DNA from: Paracoccaceae bacterium
Lineage (GTDB): Bacteria; Pseudomonadota; Alphaproteobacteria; Rhodobacterales; Rhodobacteraceae
NCBI GenBank assembly: GCA_028097405.1
Contig: JAOHEK010000014.1
Coordinates: 2,147-66,146 of the forward strand
Length of the DNA stretch: 64,000 nucleotides
Direction: 5' to 3'
Within the stretch, counting starts at the first letter, position 1, and each line of letters begins with the position of its first letter. The position numbers and the translations under genes are program-made. The notes under the pieces were generated by a model, which was not told the origin of the DNA, did not search any database, and was given only the letters and a program-made list of their open reading frames with translations. Of the stretch, positions 35,948-46,718 are shown in pieces.

Positions 35948-37141
35948 ATGGCCACAAAACCATCTCTTGAAGGGGCGGGCTGGAACGCGGATGTGCCGCC
36001 GAACGGGTTTTTTAATCGCCCTACAAAGATAGCGAATAACGACAATCCGGGTGGGTTGTCGTCCTCAGCCGCCGAGATCGAGATCGAAACGACGCCGGAA
36101 CACATGAACCTTGTTTCGGGCGATCCGGCCTGTGCGACGTGGACGCGGGTCTACGATGACCCCGGTGTTGCGAGATTGCGCGATCACTTGGCTGCGCACA
36201 ATGGGATTAAGGGCTTGGAACTGGTGTCGCCGGATGATCCAAAACGCGCGGCTGAGCTTTTTCACCGCGACGGGTTTGTGGCTGTGCGCGATGCTTTGGA
36301 TCCGGGCCAACTGGCACGAATGAACGTTGCCGCCAATCGCGCCGTGCTTGATTTGATGGAGGACGATCACGATTGTTCCGCCGGGGGTGGGGCTGGTGGT
36401 TTGCCGCATCGCTATTCCTTTGGTGGCGGGTCCGCCTCGCGTCACATGCTGCATGTGGACGAATGGTGCGAACTGATCGATCTTGCGACCACGGCGCCTA
36501 TTTTGGCGGAAATTTTCGGCTCGTCCGATTATGTGGTCGGTGGTGCCGGTGGCGACATCGCGATGCCCGGTGCGATCGAATACCAAGGGCTGCATTCTGA
36601 TAACATGTGGTCAGAACTGCCTGATCCTTATGGTAAAATCACGATGCGCGATGTGCCTGTTCCGGTGTTGACGATCAACTTTCCGATGATCGATCTTACG
36701 GCTGAAAACGGCCCAATCCGGCAAATTCCAGGCACCCATCGCTCGCGGGCTCCGATCCCGAACTTGGTTGATGAGCCCGAATGGATGAAGCTGTCGACCG
36801 TTTGCCCGGCCCCTGCGGGCACCGCTATTTTCCGTGACATTCGCGCGTGGCATGGGGGCACGCCCAACGTGTCGCGCGATGTTCGGGCGATGCCGAACGT
36901 TGAATACTATGCGCCTTGGTTTCGAAGCGAAGGCATCATGCGGTGCATGCCCTATGAGAAGTGGGAGAACCTATCGCCCCACGCCCAGCGGATTTCGCGA
37001 ATGGTCGTTTGTGACAAAGGCGAAGAGGTTGTTGGCGCAGGCTATTTGAACCCGCGTCGAAAATCGCGCGAGGCGTTTAAGCAAAAGCAGCTTGAGGCGA
37101 TGGGGGAAAAGGCGGCGCGGGAATATCTTGCCCGGCTTTGA
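35948..37141 (+). CDS. Phytanoyl-CoA dioxygenase (PhyH) family Fe(II)/2-oxoglutarate oxygenase
   Basis: PhyH-like blocks FHRDGFVAVRDAL, GLHSDN (the HxD facial triad) and AWHGGTPN. GGAGGATAACAAATG gives a strong start. The N-terminal roughly 90 aa is an unusual extension. Confidence 0.65.
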   Translation: MATKPSLEGAGWNADVPPNGFFNRPTKIANNDNPGGLSSSAAEIEIETTPEHMNLVSGDPACATWTRVYDDPGVARLRDHLAAHNGIKGLELVSPDDPKRAAELFHRDGFVAVRDALDPGQLARMNVAANRAVLDLMEDDHDCSAGGGAGGLPHRYSFGGGSASRHMLHVDEWCELIDLATTAPILAEIFGSSDYVVGGAGGDIAMPGAIEYQGLHSDNMWSELPDPYGKITMRDVPVPVLTINFPMIDLTAENGPIRQIPGTHRSRAPIPNLVDEPEWMKLSTVCPAPAGTAIFRDIRAWHGGTPNVSRDVRAMPNVEYYAPWFRSEGIMRCMPYEKWENLSPHAQRISRMVVCDKGEEVVGAGYLNPRRKSREAFKQKQLEAMGEKAAREYLARL

Positions 37142-37186
37142 GCGCGCGGCGCGCGTGATTGTGGTTTTGATGCGACAGGAAAGAAC

Positions 37187-38584
37187 ATGAACTGGGATGA
37201 CTACGCCCATTGGGGCAAACACATCGCTCAGTGGGGCGCGGATTATCACGCCACGTTAGGCGACCGTCCTGTTCGCGCGCAGTCGAGACCGGGCAAGGTA
37301 GCGGCCCAATTGCCCGCCGCTCCTCCGGATCAGGGCGAAGACATGGCCGATATCTTGACCGATTTTGAAACCATCGTGATGCCGGGCATGACCCATTGGC
37401 AGCACCCACGGTTCTTTGCCTATTTCCCGGCGAATGCAGCACCACCTTCTATGCTGGCCGAGATGCTGGTCAACACCGTTGCGGCCCAATGCATGCTTTG
37501 GCAGACGTCCCCTGCGGCCACCGAAGTTGAAGGCGTTATGATCGACTGGTTGCGTCAAGCGCTTGATCTGCCAAAGGGTTTCACCGGCGTGATCCAAGAC
37601 AGTGCGTCGTCGGCGACCCTGTCGGCGGTGCTGACAATGCGCGAGCGGGCGACCGGCTTTACCGGCAATAAGGACGGTCTGTCGTCCAAGGGGCAGTTGC
37701 GGGTCTATTGCTCGGATCAGGTGCATGCGTCGATTGATCGTGCGTGTTGGGTCGCAGGCATTGGGCAGGTCAATTTGGTGAAGATTCCCGGCACCGGGCC
37801 GTTACATGGAATGGACGCCGAAGCTTTGGATGCGGCGATCCGGTCGGACATTGCCGAAGGCCATATACCTGCTGGGATCGTTGCAATCTCCGGCGGCACA
37901 GGCGTTGGGGCCTGCGATACATTGGGGCCAATCCTGAGGGTCGCGAAGGCGCACGACCTTTACACACATCTTGATGCCGCATGGGCGGGATCGGCCATGA
38001 TCTGCCCTGAATTTCGCGCAGCCCTTTGGGCGGATGTCGAAGGGTTCGACAGCATCGTTTTCAATCCGCACAAATGGCTGGGCGTGCAGTTCGATTGTTC
38101 GGTACAATTCTTGCGCGATGCCACGGCGCAGCAAAACACGCTTAAGATCGAACCAGAGTACCTGAAAACATCCGGCGAAACGGTCACCAATTATTCCGAA
38201 TTGACGATCCCGTTGGGGCGTCGGTTTCGCGCGTTGAAGCTGTGGTTCGTGCTGAGGTCTTACGGGTTGGACGGCCTACGCATCCGCATTCGCAATCATG
38301 TCGCTTGGGCGGGTGAGCTTTGCGAGGCTTTGCGCGGGCTTGAGGGCTTTGAGATCGTCACAGAACCGATCCTCAGCCTGTTTTCGTTTCGCTGTCCCGG
38401 TGATGATGCGGCGCAACAGCGGCTGGTAGATGCAATCAATGACGACGGGCGCATTTATCTGACGCAAGGGGCGTTTCGTGGCCGAAAGATCATTCGGGTG
38501 CAGGTGGGCCAATTCGACACAACGCGAGACGACGTGATGATGGCGCATCAGGTTATTCGCGAAGTTTGGGAGCAGGTTAGATGA
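37187..38584 (+). CDS. Group II PLP-dependent amino-acid decarboxylase (aromatic-L-amino-acid / DABA decarboxylase family)
   Basis: HWQHPRFFAYFPANA plus NPHKWLGV, which contains the PLP lysine. Length 465 aa. Confidence 0.8.
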   Translation: MNWDDYAHWGKHIAQWGADYHATLGDRPVRAQSRPGKVAAQLPAAPPDQGEDMADILTDFETIVMPGMTHWQHPRFFAYFPANAAPPSMLAEMLVNTVAAQCMLWQTSPAATEVEGVMIDWLRQALDLPKGFTGVIQDSASSATLSAVLTMRERATGFTGNKDGLSSKGQLRVYCSDQVHASIDRACWVAGIGQVNLVKIPGTGPLHGMDAEALDAAIRSDIAEGHIPAGIVAISGGTGVGACDTLGPILRVAKAHDLYTHLDAAWAGSAMICPEFRAALWADVEGFDSIVFNPHKWLGVQFDCSVQFLRDATAQQNTLKIEPEYLKTSGETVTNYSELTIPLGRRFRALKLWFVLRSYGLDGLRIRIRNHVAWAGELCEALRGLEGFEIVTEPILSLFSFRCPGDDAAQQRLVDAINDDGRIYLTQGAFRGRKIIRVQVGQFDTTRDDVMMAHQVIREVWEQVR

Positions 38585-38612
38585 CGTTCGAGACACGACC
38601 TCAACCGCACCG

Positions 38613-39455
38613 CTAAAGCAGAGGCAGCCGCAGCCAAGTTCCCCCCAAGGGTCGGATAGTGGCACCGGTACCGATCTTGAATCGCGCCAGACCGGGGGCG
38701 TTGGCTTTATCGACGGTTCCAAGATCAATCCGTTCCACCCCGCGCCGAGACAGATGGTCTGCGGCCCGCATGAGGATTGCGTGGTGCGACCCGTTCTCGC
38801 GGCCCAAAAGGCTGGTCCAACCAAGGTGGTAGGTCGCAACGCTGCCATGCACCAAGAAGACCATGGCAGCGATGGGTTCGCCATTTAGATAGGCCGTGAA
38901 GACGGGCGTGTTTTTCGGGTTTTCAAGGGAATAAGCTTGCAGAAAGGCATGGGGTAAGCTGCGGAACGCTTTGGTCTTTTGTTGTTTCAGGTCGGCGTCC
39001 AGCAACCAGTGATGACGAAAGGTACGAAAGGCGTCAACCTGAAGGGTTTGGGGCGACTTCAAGGCTTTTCGAAACGAATTGCGCCATTTGCCTTTCATCC
39101 GATCGATGCGGTCTGAGCGCGTGCCAAGGATGGAAAGTTCGCCCACATGAACGGGCGATACGATCCGCCGGAAGCCTGCGCCGCGCAATGCGCCCTGATC
39201 GCCGCCGTTGCTGTTGATCAGATGCAAACGCGCGGCTCGAACCGATGGGGCTTGCGCCGTTGTGGGGCCGTCCAGCCAGATTGGCCCGCGTGATGCAAAG
39301 CGCAGGCCGAAACGGACAATCGTCTGAACGGGCGCCGAGCCGTCCAGCTCGATCACCTTGGTTTCACGTCCCAATTTGTTCAGTGCCGCCGCGAAATTCG
39401 GATGCTGTTGAAGCGGTATCTGAGGCGCTGCTTGCATGGCCCTATGTATGGGCAA
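38613..39455 (-). CDS. FemAB-like / GNAT-fold acyltransferase
   Basis: The C-half ...YLNGEPIAAMVFLVHGSVATYHLGWTS...GVERIDLG... resembles the FemAB / Acetyltransf_6 family. It lies directly downstream of AcnX on the same strand. Confidence 0.45.
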   Translation of the reverse strand: MPIHRAMQAAPQIPLQQHPNFAAALNKLGRETKVIELDGSAPVQTIVRFGLRFASRGPIWLDGPTTAQAPSVRAARLHLINSNGGDQGALRGAGFRRIVSPVHVGELSILGTRSDRIDRMKGKWRNSFRKALKSPQTLQVDAFRTFRHHWLLDADLKQQKTKAFRSLPHAFLQAYSLENPKNTPVFTAYLNGEPIAAMVFLVHGSVATYHLGWTSLLGRENGSHHAILMRAADHLSRRGVERIDLGTVDKANAPGLARFKIGTGATIRPLGGTWLRLPLL

Positions 39456-39484
39456 CTCAAGCTAAACGAAGCGTTAACGTGTCG

Positions 39485-41173
39485 CTAGGTCAACCACTTA
39501 GGCGGGTCGCTGGGTGCGTGGCCTGTCTCAGCCGCGATCGCGCAATCTGACAGACTGCCGAACCGCACGTTTCGCCCACTTAAGCCCGGCGCGTAATGGG
39601 CGTATTTGCCCGAGTTGGTCATCAGTGTTTTGGCATCGGGCGGGAAAATCGGTTCGACAATCGAACACCAGCAAAGGTCCGAAATCAGTCGCACGCCCGC
39701 CGCTTCCAATCTGTCCGCCACGCCTTCGGCGCGCGCCTTGGCCAAGATGTCGCGACCCAACGTAATGATGGCCGAGGTTGTGGAATGCGCGACTTTGCCG
39801 TCCATCAGGGCCGCAAATTGGCGGGTTTCTTCGAACGAAAAATGGGGGCTTCCCAAGGCCACCAGATCGATGTTCGTGGGGCCTTGGTTGAACTCTTGCC
39901 AAGCTGCGGCCAGATCGGCGACCGCGATGCGAAGCCGGGGCGCATCTGGTGTCGGGGCCAGATCGCCTTCCGGCGTCTGTCCCGCGATATGCAAAAGTGG
40001 GGCCGCCGAGGTTGTCCCGAACGCCGCACAGACCGCACGCAGATCGTCATGGGCAGGGGTGGATTGTTCCAATCCGGTCAACAGCGGAACGCGGTCGGGC
40101 GCCATCCGGCCCAGGACCCAACCCAACAAGGGCCAAAACGCGTCGTCGTCGTGTTCCGGCAAATCGACGTGGATCACCACGCGGGGCCGCCGGTTTTCAG
40201 CGATATAGACGCCTGTTTCGGGGGTCCGTCCGGTTAGGGCCACGAACAGATCCAAATAGTCGGGATGCTTGGCGGTGCGTGCGCCCAATACGCTATTGGC
40301 AAAGATCACTGCGTTTGATTCCGACCAGCCGATATCCTCGCCAAAGCTTGGCACGTCGTCCGAAAGATAGGGCGCACACGTGAACGTCGGCTGCGCGCCC
40401 ATGGCGATATAGGCATCGGCCAACCGGCTGGCGGCATTTCCGAAATCGGGCGGCAGGTTGTGATCCGTCCAGTTTTCCCGGTCCACCGAGATTGCGTTGA
40501 TCGTAGTTGGGATGGCGACCTTGGCGCCCATCTGGACCATGGTTTCGGCAAAGATCAAGTTAGCGGAATGGGCGTAAATGCAGCCGTCGATATGCCCGCG
40601 GGTGATGTCGATTAAGCGCTTGGCACCTTGCGACGCGGCCATGGCGCAGAGAACTTCTGTTGCCAAGGCAACCGCCGCGCCCTGATCGCCGTTGAGGTTC
40701 GATTTGTCCGTTTCGCTTAAGGCCAGATCATCCTTGCTGACGTGGTGCAGTGTGATTGACAGGCCATCCGCCGTTAGTTGGGTGCCTTTAAGTTTGGCGG
40801 TTTTCTTGGAACAAAGTGCGTCATAATCCCTGCCAGTGATCCGCGCCACACCGACTGTTCGCTTGAACATGCGTTCGGCAATTAACGCGCCCAAAGTCAA
40901 GATTTCCTCGTCCTCGCGAAAGATCAACGCAGCCGGCGCATGTCCGTTCAAGGCCAGCTCTAACAAGACACCGCTGCCCGAACAGGACCCGCGACTGGTC
41001 GGCATCACGACGATTTTGCCGGCCATAGACTGACCATGCAGAGGGTGGTGGGCGTCGATCACATGGCCGGTGTTCGGATCAACACCGCCCCAGAAACTGA
41101 GACCCTCGGCGCTGGTGATGACTTCGGCGTCCACCTCAGCCAGAACGATCAGAATAGCTTTGTCGTTTTGCAT
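39485..41173 (-). CDS. Fused aconitase X (AcnX): DUF126 swivel domain plus DUF521 catalytic domain
   Basis: The N-terminal LSFWGGVDPNTGHVIDAHHPLHGQSMAGKIVVMPTSRGSCSGSGVLLE is DUF126-like. It is followed by the DUF521 blocks ITRGHIDGC, FTCAPY and WSESNAVIFANSVLGART. Confidence 0.7.
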   Translation of the reverse strand: MQNDKAILIVLAEVDAEVITSAEGLSFWGGVDPNTGHVIDAHHPLHGQSMAGKIVVMPTSRGSCSGSGVLLELALNGHAPAALIFREDEEILTLGALIAERMFKRTVGVARITGRDYDALCSKKTAKLKGTQLTADGLSITLHHVSKDDLALSETDKSNLNGDQGAAVALATEVLCAMAASQGAKRLIDITRGHIDGCIYAHSANLIFAETMVQMGAKVAIPTTINAISVDRENWTDHNLPPDFGNAASRLADAYIAMGAQPTFTCAPYLSDDVPSFGEDIGWSESNAVIFANSVLGARTAKHPDYLDLFVALTGRTPETGVYIAENRRPRVVIHVDLPEHDDDAFWPLLGWVLGRMAPDRVPLLTGLEQSTPAHDDLRAVCAAFGTTSAAPLLHIAGQTPEGDLAPTPDAPRLRIAVADLAAAWQEFNQGPTNIDLVALGSPHFSFEETRQFAALMDGKVAHSTTSAIITLGRDILAKARAEGVADRLEAAGVRLISDLCWCSIVEPIFPPDAKTLMTNSGKYAHYAPGLSGRNVRFGSLSDCAIAAETGHAPSDPPKWLT

Positions 41174-41331
41174 GTGTGTCAGCCGTCTTTCAAAACCGGT
41201 GAATGATGGAACGCGCCACCTTTATAGACGCTTTCGCCTTGATCCCAAGCCGCGCCGGTTATCTAATCGTCATAGCCCTTCGGCACATAAACGAAACCTT
41301 AAGCTGCGACTAAGTTTGACCGCCGCCATTC

Positions 41332-42270
41332 ATGGGAATTGATCCGGTGACATCTGAAGATCACGTATCCACCCACGACGCGGCCGCCGACGACCGCAAC
41401 GACGACATCCGGATTTATGTCAACGGCGACATTGTTCACCGCGACGACGCGAAAGTCTCGGTTTATGATTCCGGCTTCTTGCTGGGCGACGGCATATGGG
41501 ACGGGCTTCGCCTCTACGATGGCCAGATCCCGTTTCTGGCCGAGCACCTTGATCGCCTGTATGAAGCAGCGCTTTATATCGATCTGGATATCGGTAAAAC
41601 ACGCGCCGAACTGACCCAAGCGGTGCATGACACTCTGGCGGCCAACCAGATGACGACGGATGTTCATATCCGGCTGATGGTCACACGGGGCAAAAAGAAG
41701 AAGCCGTTCCAACATCCGCATCTTAGCACCTATGGACCCACGATCGTTATTATCGCAGAACATTCAAAACCCGATGACAGTGTGATCGACCGCGGCATTC
41801 GTCTGTTCACCGTGCCGCATCACCGGGGTTTGCCTTTGACCCAAGACGCAAAGCTGAACTCGCATTCCAAGCTAAACTGCATCATCCCCCTGACCCATGC
41901 GGTGCGGGCCGGTGCGGATGAAGCCTTGATGTTGGACCCCAATGGGTTCGTGAATACGACCAACGCTTGTAACTTTTTCATCGTTCGGAAAGGGGCTGTT
42001 TGGACCTCGACCGGAGATTATTGCATGAACGGGATCACGCGCCAGAAGGTGATTGACCTGTGCCGCAGAAACGACATTCCCGTCTTTGAGCGGAATTATT
42101 CGCTGGTCGACACTTACGGCGCGGATGAGGCGTTTCTGACCGGCACATTCGGGGCACAGACGCCAGTGTTTGAGATCGATGGCCGTGTGATCGGCGGTGG
42201 CAAAGCAGGGCCGGTTTTCCACCGTATCCGGGCGCTTTATAAAGCCGAGATCGCCAATGGGTGTGTTTGA
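41332..42270 (+). CDS. Class IV (fold type IV) aminotransferase (BCAT / D-amino-acid aminotransferase family)
   Basis: VSVYDSGFLLGDGIWDGLRLYDG, a KLNSHSKLN-type lysine region, and EAFLTGT. Confidence 0.75.
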   Translation: MGIDPVTSEDHVSTHDAAADDRNDDIRIYVNGDIVHRDDAKVSVYDSGFLLGDGIWDGLRLYDGQIPFLAEHLDRLYEAALYIDLDIGKTRAELTQAVHDTLAANQMTTDVHIRLMVTRGKKKKPFQHPHLSTYGPTIVIIAEHSKPDDSVIDRGIRLFTVPHHRGLPLTQDAKLNSHSKLNCIIPLTHAVRAGADEALMLDPNGFVNTTNACNFFIVRKGAVWTSTGDYCMNGITRQKVIDLCRRNDIPVFERNYSLVDTYGADEAFLTGTFGAQTPVFEIDGRVIGGGKAGPVFHRIRALYKAEIANGCV

Positions 42271-42293
42271 TCACGCCAGCTAAGCGCGTCCGT

Positions 42294-42626
42294 TCACATC
42301 GAGAAGCTTGTGCCACAGCCACAGCTAGAGGTCGCATTTGGGTTCTCGATCACGAAGCGTGCACCGATAAGCTCGTCCGAGAAATCGATCACTGCATTGG
42401 ACAAAAACGGCAAAGATACCTCGTCGACGACGACTTTTTGGCCATCGGCTTCTAACACCAGATCTCCGTCGGCAGGCTCGCCCAGATCAATGTTGTACTG
42501 AAATCCCGAACAGCCGCCGCCATCGACCGCCACCCGCAAGGCTTTGGGCACATCGGTGCCGTCGTTGATCTCGGCCAGCCGCGCGAAGGCACGAGGCGTC
42601 ACTTGAGGGGGCAGGGCTAGTTCCAC
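42294..42626 (-). CDS. erpA: Iron-sulfur cluster insertion protein (HesB/IscA/ErpA family)
   Basis: GGCSGFQY together with the C-terminal CGCGTSF. Confidence 0.8.
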   Translation of the reverse strand: MELALPPQVTPRAFARLAEINDGTDVPKALRVAVDGGGCSGFQYNIDLGEPADGDLVLEADGQKVVVDEVSLPFLSNAVIDFSDELIGARFVIENPNATSSCGCGTSFSM

Positions 42627-42700
42627 GTTATATTCCGACGTTTCAATTCAGCTATATGGTGAATATATGGGGTCCGGGACAGTCGAACAAGGGACGGCTT

Positions 42701-43843
42701 ATGCGAGCGTCATATGCATCCGATCCAAACCAAAGCCGGGGGCGGCTTTATTTAGAGGAAGAAAGCGCGTTTCGCTCTTGTTTTCAGCGCGATCGTGACA
42801 GAATTATTCACGCCAGCGCCTTTCGGCGGCTGAAACATAAGACCCAAGTTTTTATTGAGCACGAGGGCGATTACTTCCGAACGCGGCTGACCCATTCGAT
42901 TGAGGTGGCGCAGGTGGCTCGGACGATCTCGGGCGCGTTGGGGCTAAATGCCGAATTAACCGAGGCCGTCGCCTTGGCCCATGATTTGGGGCACACGCCT
43001 TTCGGGCACACTGGCGAGGATGCCTTGGGGGCTTTGATGGCCCCTTTCGGTAGGTTCGATCACAACGCGCAAGCGGTGCGGATCGTGACCGATTTGGAAC
43101 GACATTATGCCGAGTTCGATGGGTTGAACTTAACGTGGGAAACCCTTGAAGGTATTGCAAAACATAACGGCCCGGTGGTTGGGGAACTGCCTTGGGCTTT
43201 GGAGGTTTATCAAGCACGCCACGATCTGGAGCTGGACACCTATGCCAGCGCCGAAGCGCAAGTGGCTGCGATTGCCGATGACGTGGCCTATAACCACCAC
43301 GATTTACACGACGGATTGCGGGCCGAGTTGTTTTCCACGGATGAGCTGGCGGAATTGCCGATCCTTTCGGGGTGTTTTGCGCGGGTTGATGAGGCATATC
43401 CCGGATTGAACTATTATCGGCGGCGTCACGAGGCGTTGCGTCGGTTTTTCGGGGTTTTGGTGGAAGATGTGATCGGGGTCGGGCAGGAGAGCCTGTCGCG
43501 GATCGCGCCCGAAACTGCGGATGATATTCGTCACGCTGGGTTTCAGATCATCCGCTTTTCGGACCCGGTGTTTGAGGATTTGAAAGTGATCCGCGAGTTT
43601 TTGTTCACCCGAATGTACCGTGCGCCCTCGGTGATCGAGATGCGAAAGGCCGTTACTAAGGTTGTCGAAGAGTTGTTTCCCTTCTTCATGGCGCACCCCG
43701 ACAGATTGCCGAAACAGTGGCGCAAGGATGTGGAAGATGCGAAGGGCGAGGTGGCTTTGGCCCGGATCGTGTCGGATTACATCGCGGGCATGACGGATCG
43801 GTTTGCTTTGCAGTGCCACGAACAGTTTTTGGGCGAAGGATGA
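42701..43843 (+). CDS. dgt: dGTP triphosphohydrolase-like HD-domain protein
   Basis: FQRDRDRIIHASAFRRLKHKTQVF, RLTHSIEV and AHDLGHTPFGH. Start trimmed to the ATG at 42701. Confidence 0.85.
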   Translation: MRASYASDPNQSRGRLYLEEESAFRSCFQRDRDRIIHASAFRRLKHKTQVFIEHEGDYFRTRLTHSIEVAQVARTISGALGLNAELTEAVALAHDLGHTPFGHTGEDALGALMAPFGRFDHNAQAVRIVTDLERHYAEFDGLNLTWETLEGIAKHNGPVVGELPWALEVYQARHDLELDTYASAEAQVAAIADDVAYNHHDLHDGLRAELFSTDELAELPILSGCFARVDEAYPGLNYYRRRHEALRRFFGVLVEDVIGVGQESLSRIAPETADDIRHAGFQIIRFSDPVFEDLKVIREFLFTRMYRAPSVIEMRKAVTKVVEELFPFFMAHPDRLPKQWRKDVEDAKGEVALARIVSDYIAGMTDRFALQCHEQFLGEG

Positions 43844-43894
43844 CCGTTTGGCTCGCGCGTTGACGTGATACACCAGAGTGGTAAACCGCCCCTC

Positions 43895-45619
43895 ATGAAT
43901 ATATTCGCCGAAATCCGTACTGTCGTAATCGCCGCTTTGGACGCCATGGTGTCCGAGGGCGTTTTGCCGTCTGACCTGTCGTTTGACAACGTAGCGGTTG
44001 AGCCTCCGCGAGACGCTGCACATGGGGATATGGCGACGAATGCGGCTATGGTTTTGGCCAAGCCTGCAAGCAAGGCTCCGCGCGCGATTGCCGAGGCTTT
44101 GGTGGCGAAGCTGACCGAAAATGCTCAGATCGAAATGGCCGAGGTTGCGGGGCCGGGGTTTATTAATCTTCGGCTTAACCCCAGCGTTTGGGCTGCGGTT
44201 GTCGAGCACGCTTTAAGCGCGGGCGATGGGTTTGGGCGATCGACACGTGGCACGGGCACGAAGGTGAACGTCGAATACGTTTCGGCCAACCCGACGGGGC
44301 CTTTGCATGTGGGCCACGCGCGGGGCGCGGTCTTTGGGGATGCTTTGGCGTCTTTGCTGGATTTCGCGGGCTATGACGTAACGCGGGAATACTACATCAA
44401 CGACGGTGGTGCTCAGGTCGATGTTTTGGCGCGCTCGGTTTACTTGCGCTATCTTGAGGCGCACGGCCAAGAAGTTGCTTTCGAAGATGGCACCTATCCC
44501 GGCGACTATTTGAAGCCTGTGGGCGCGGCGTTGAAGGCCAAGGTTGGCGATGCCTTTATCGACAAGGGCGAACAGTTCTGGTTGGCCGAGGTGCGGGATT
44601 TTTCGACCGAGGCCATGATGGGGCTGATCCGTGAGGATTTGGCGGCGATCGGTGTGAAGATGGATCGGTTCTATTCCGAGAAATCGCTGTATGACACGGG
44701 CCGGATTGAAGATGCGATAGAAACTCTGAAACAGAACGGCTTGATTTATCGCGGCACGCTTGAGCCACCCAAAGGCAAAGTTCCCGAAGATTGGGAACCC
44801 CGCGAGCAGACCTTGTTCCGCTCGACGGCTTATGGCGACGATGTGGACCGGCCCATCATGAAGTCGGATGGATCATGGACCTATTTCGCGCCCGACATTG
44901 CCTATCACTGGGACAAGATTTCGCGCGGCTATGATGCGTTGATCGATGTCTTTGGCGCCGATCACGGCGGTTATGTAAAACGGATGAAGGCGGCGGTTGC
45001 GGCACTTTCGGAGAGTAAGGTGTCGTTGGATATCAAGCTGACGCAACTGGTGAAGCTTTATAAAGACGGCGAGCCGTTCAAGATGTCGAAACGGGCGGGC
45101 ACTTTTGTGACGCTGCGGGATGTGGTCGATCAGGTGGGTTCGGACGTGGCGCGGTTTGTGATGCTGACGCGCAAGAACGATGCGCCTTTGGATTTCGATT
45201 TTGCCAAGGTGACCGAACAGTCAAAAGACAACGCGGTGTTCTATGTGCAATACGCCCATGCTCGGGTGCGGTCGGTGATGCGTAAAGCGGCAGACATGGG
45301 TGTGGACGCACCGGACGCGCCATTGTTGGAAGACGAGGCCGAATTTGCCTTGGCCCGGAAGATTGCTGAATTTCCAAGGCTGATCGAAATTGCTGCACGT
45401 AACAACGAACCGCATCGGGTTGCGTTTTATCTTTATGATCTGGCGTCTGACTTTCATGCGCTTTGGAATAAGGGCAACGAAAAAACTGCTCTGCGCTTCC
45501 TACAAGAGGGCGATAATGCGGCCACGGCGGCAAAAATTGCCCTACCTCGTGCAGTAGGCGTTGTTATTTCCAACGGATTGAGTATCCTAGGTGTGACACC
45601 AGTTGAGGAAATGCGCTAA
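43895..45619 (+). CDS. argS: Arginyl-tRNA synthetase
   Basis: [12 protein letters not shown] is the HIGH-type motif, MSKR is present, and there is a C-terminal DALR anticodon-binding region. The ATG at 43895 was chosen. Confidence 0.9.
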   Translation: MNIFAEIRTVVIAALDAMVSEGVLPSDLSFDNVAVEPPRDAAHGDMATNAAMVLAKPASKAPRAIAEALVAKLTENAQIEMAEVAGPGFINLRLNPSVWAAVVEHALSAGDGFGRSTRGTGTKVNVEYVSANPTGPLHVGHARGAVFGDALASLLDFAGYDVTREYYINDGGAQVDVLARSVYLRYLEAHGQEVAFEDGTYPGDYLKPVGAALKAKVGDAFIDKGEQFWLAEVRDFSTEAMMGLIREDLAAIGVKMDRFYSEKSLYDTGRIEDAIETLKQNGLIYRGTLEPPKGKVPEDWEPREQTLFRSTAYGDDVDRPIMKSDGSWTYFAPDIAYHWDKISRGYDALIDVFGADHGGYVKRMKAAVAALSESKVSLDIKLTQLVKLYKDGEPFKMSKRAGTFVTLRDVVDQVGSDVARFVMLTRKNDAPLDFDFAKVTEQSKDNAVFYVQYAHARVRSVMRKAADMGVDAPDAPLLEDEAEFALARKIAEFPRLIEIAARNNEPHRVAFYLYDLASDFHALWNKGNEKTALRFLQEGDNAATAAKIALPRAVGVVISNGLSILGVTPVEEMR

Positions 45620-45695
45620 TATAAGCGCCCCAGCCAGTGTCAAATTGAGCAGGACGACCGTCGGATCAACCGGTGGCGGCAGTGAGGCAAATATA

Positions 45696-46718
45696 ATGGC
45701 GGCTATAAATTTCCATGAATATGGGGATCACTCTCGTGGTGGTTCTGTTGCGGGGGCTCTGAACTGGGCAGGCGCATTTCTTTCGGTTTTGCTGATTGCA
45801 GGACTGGCAACCTGGGGCTGGAAGCTTTGGGTGCGCGATGTAACCGGGGTTCCGGTCGTGCGTGCGCTTGAAGGTCCGATGCGGGTTGCGCCCGAAGAAC
45901 CGGGCGGATTGGCAAGCAACTATCAAGGGCTGACGGTCAACCGGATCGCCGAAGAACGCGTAGAAGCGGCGCCTTCGGATCAGGTTACGTTGGCTCCGCA
46001 ACCAACCACAATGAATGAAGACGAAGATTTGGCCATGGCCGATTTGCCACCTATGGTGGAAGCCGTGACGGGAGAAGCCATCACAGAGGTTCCCGGCGGA
46101 TTGGTGACAGCGGCGCCCGAGATAGGCGAGCCTTTGGCGATCACCGATCAGGACTTGGCGGCTACGGCTGAGGCTGAGGCTTTTGCAGTCATCGAAGAAG
46201 AGCGTGGCGAGGGTTTAGTCTCGGTCTTACCAGACACAGCATCCAACGATGTCATTCTGCCAGAAGCGGGTGAGCTTTCAGCGACCGATCTGGCCGTGCA
46301 ACTGGCGCTGGGGGTTGATGATGCAAAACCAGACCCATCCGAAGCGCGACTGGTTACCGCAAGTGTTCCATTCACCACGCCGCGCCCAGTGGTGCGGCCC
46401 GCTAATCTGCGGTTGGTGTCTGCTCTCGCACCTGTGAATGGCGAAGTCGAGGCCAGCAGCATCCCTACCGGTACCCGATTGGTACAGCTTGGGGCTTATG
46501 CTGATCCGGATGTTGCGCGCGTCGAATGGGAAAACCGGGTGGCACGGTTTGGCGACTATATGGTCGGCAAAGAACGTGTGGTACAAGAAGCCGAGACCGG
46601 GGGGCAGCCATTTTATCGCCTGCGTGCCATGGGTTTCACGGACTTGGCCGATGCGCGGCGCTTTTGTGCGGTTCTGGTTGCCGATGGTACGAACTGCATT
46701 CCGGTCGTCCACCAATAA
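45696..46718 (+). CDS. SPOR-domain membrane protein
   Basis: N-terminal transmembrane helix, an acidic low-complexity linker, and a C-terminal SPOR domain (RLVQLGAYADPDVARVEWE...FYRLRAMGF). Confidence 0.65.
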   Translation: MAAINFHEYGDHSRGGSVAGALNWAGAFLSVLLIAGLATWGWKLWVRDVTGVPVVRALEGPMRVAPEEPGGLASNYQGLTVNRIAEERVEAAPSDQVTLAPQPTTMNEDEDLAMADLPPMVEAVTGEAITEVPGGLVTAAPEIGEPLAITDQDLAATAEAEAFAVIEEERGEGLVSVLPDTASNDVILPEAGELSATDLAVQLALGVDDAKPDPSEARLVTASVPFTTPRPVVRPANLRLVSALAPVNGEVEASSIPTGTRLVQLGAYADPDVARVEWENRVARFGDYMVGKERVVQEAETGGQPFYRLRAMGFTDLADARRFCAVLVADGTNCIPVVHQ

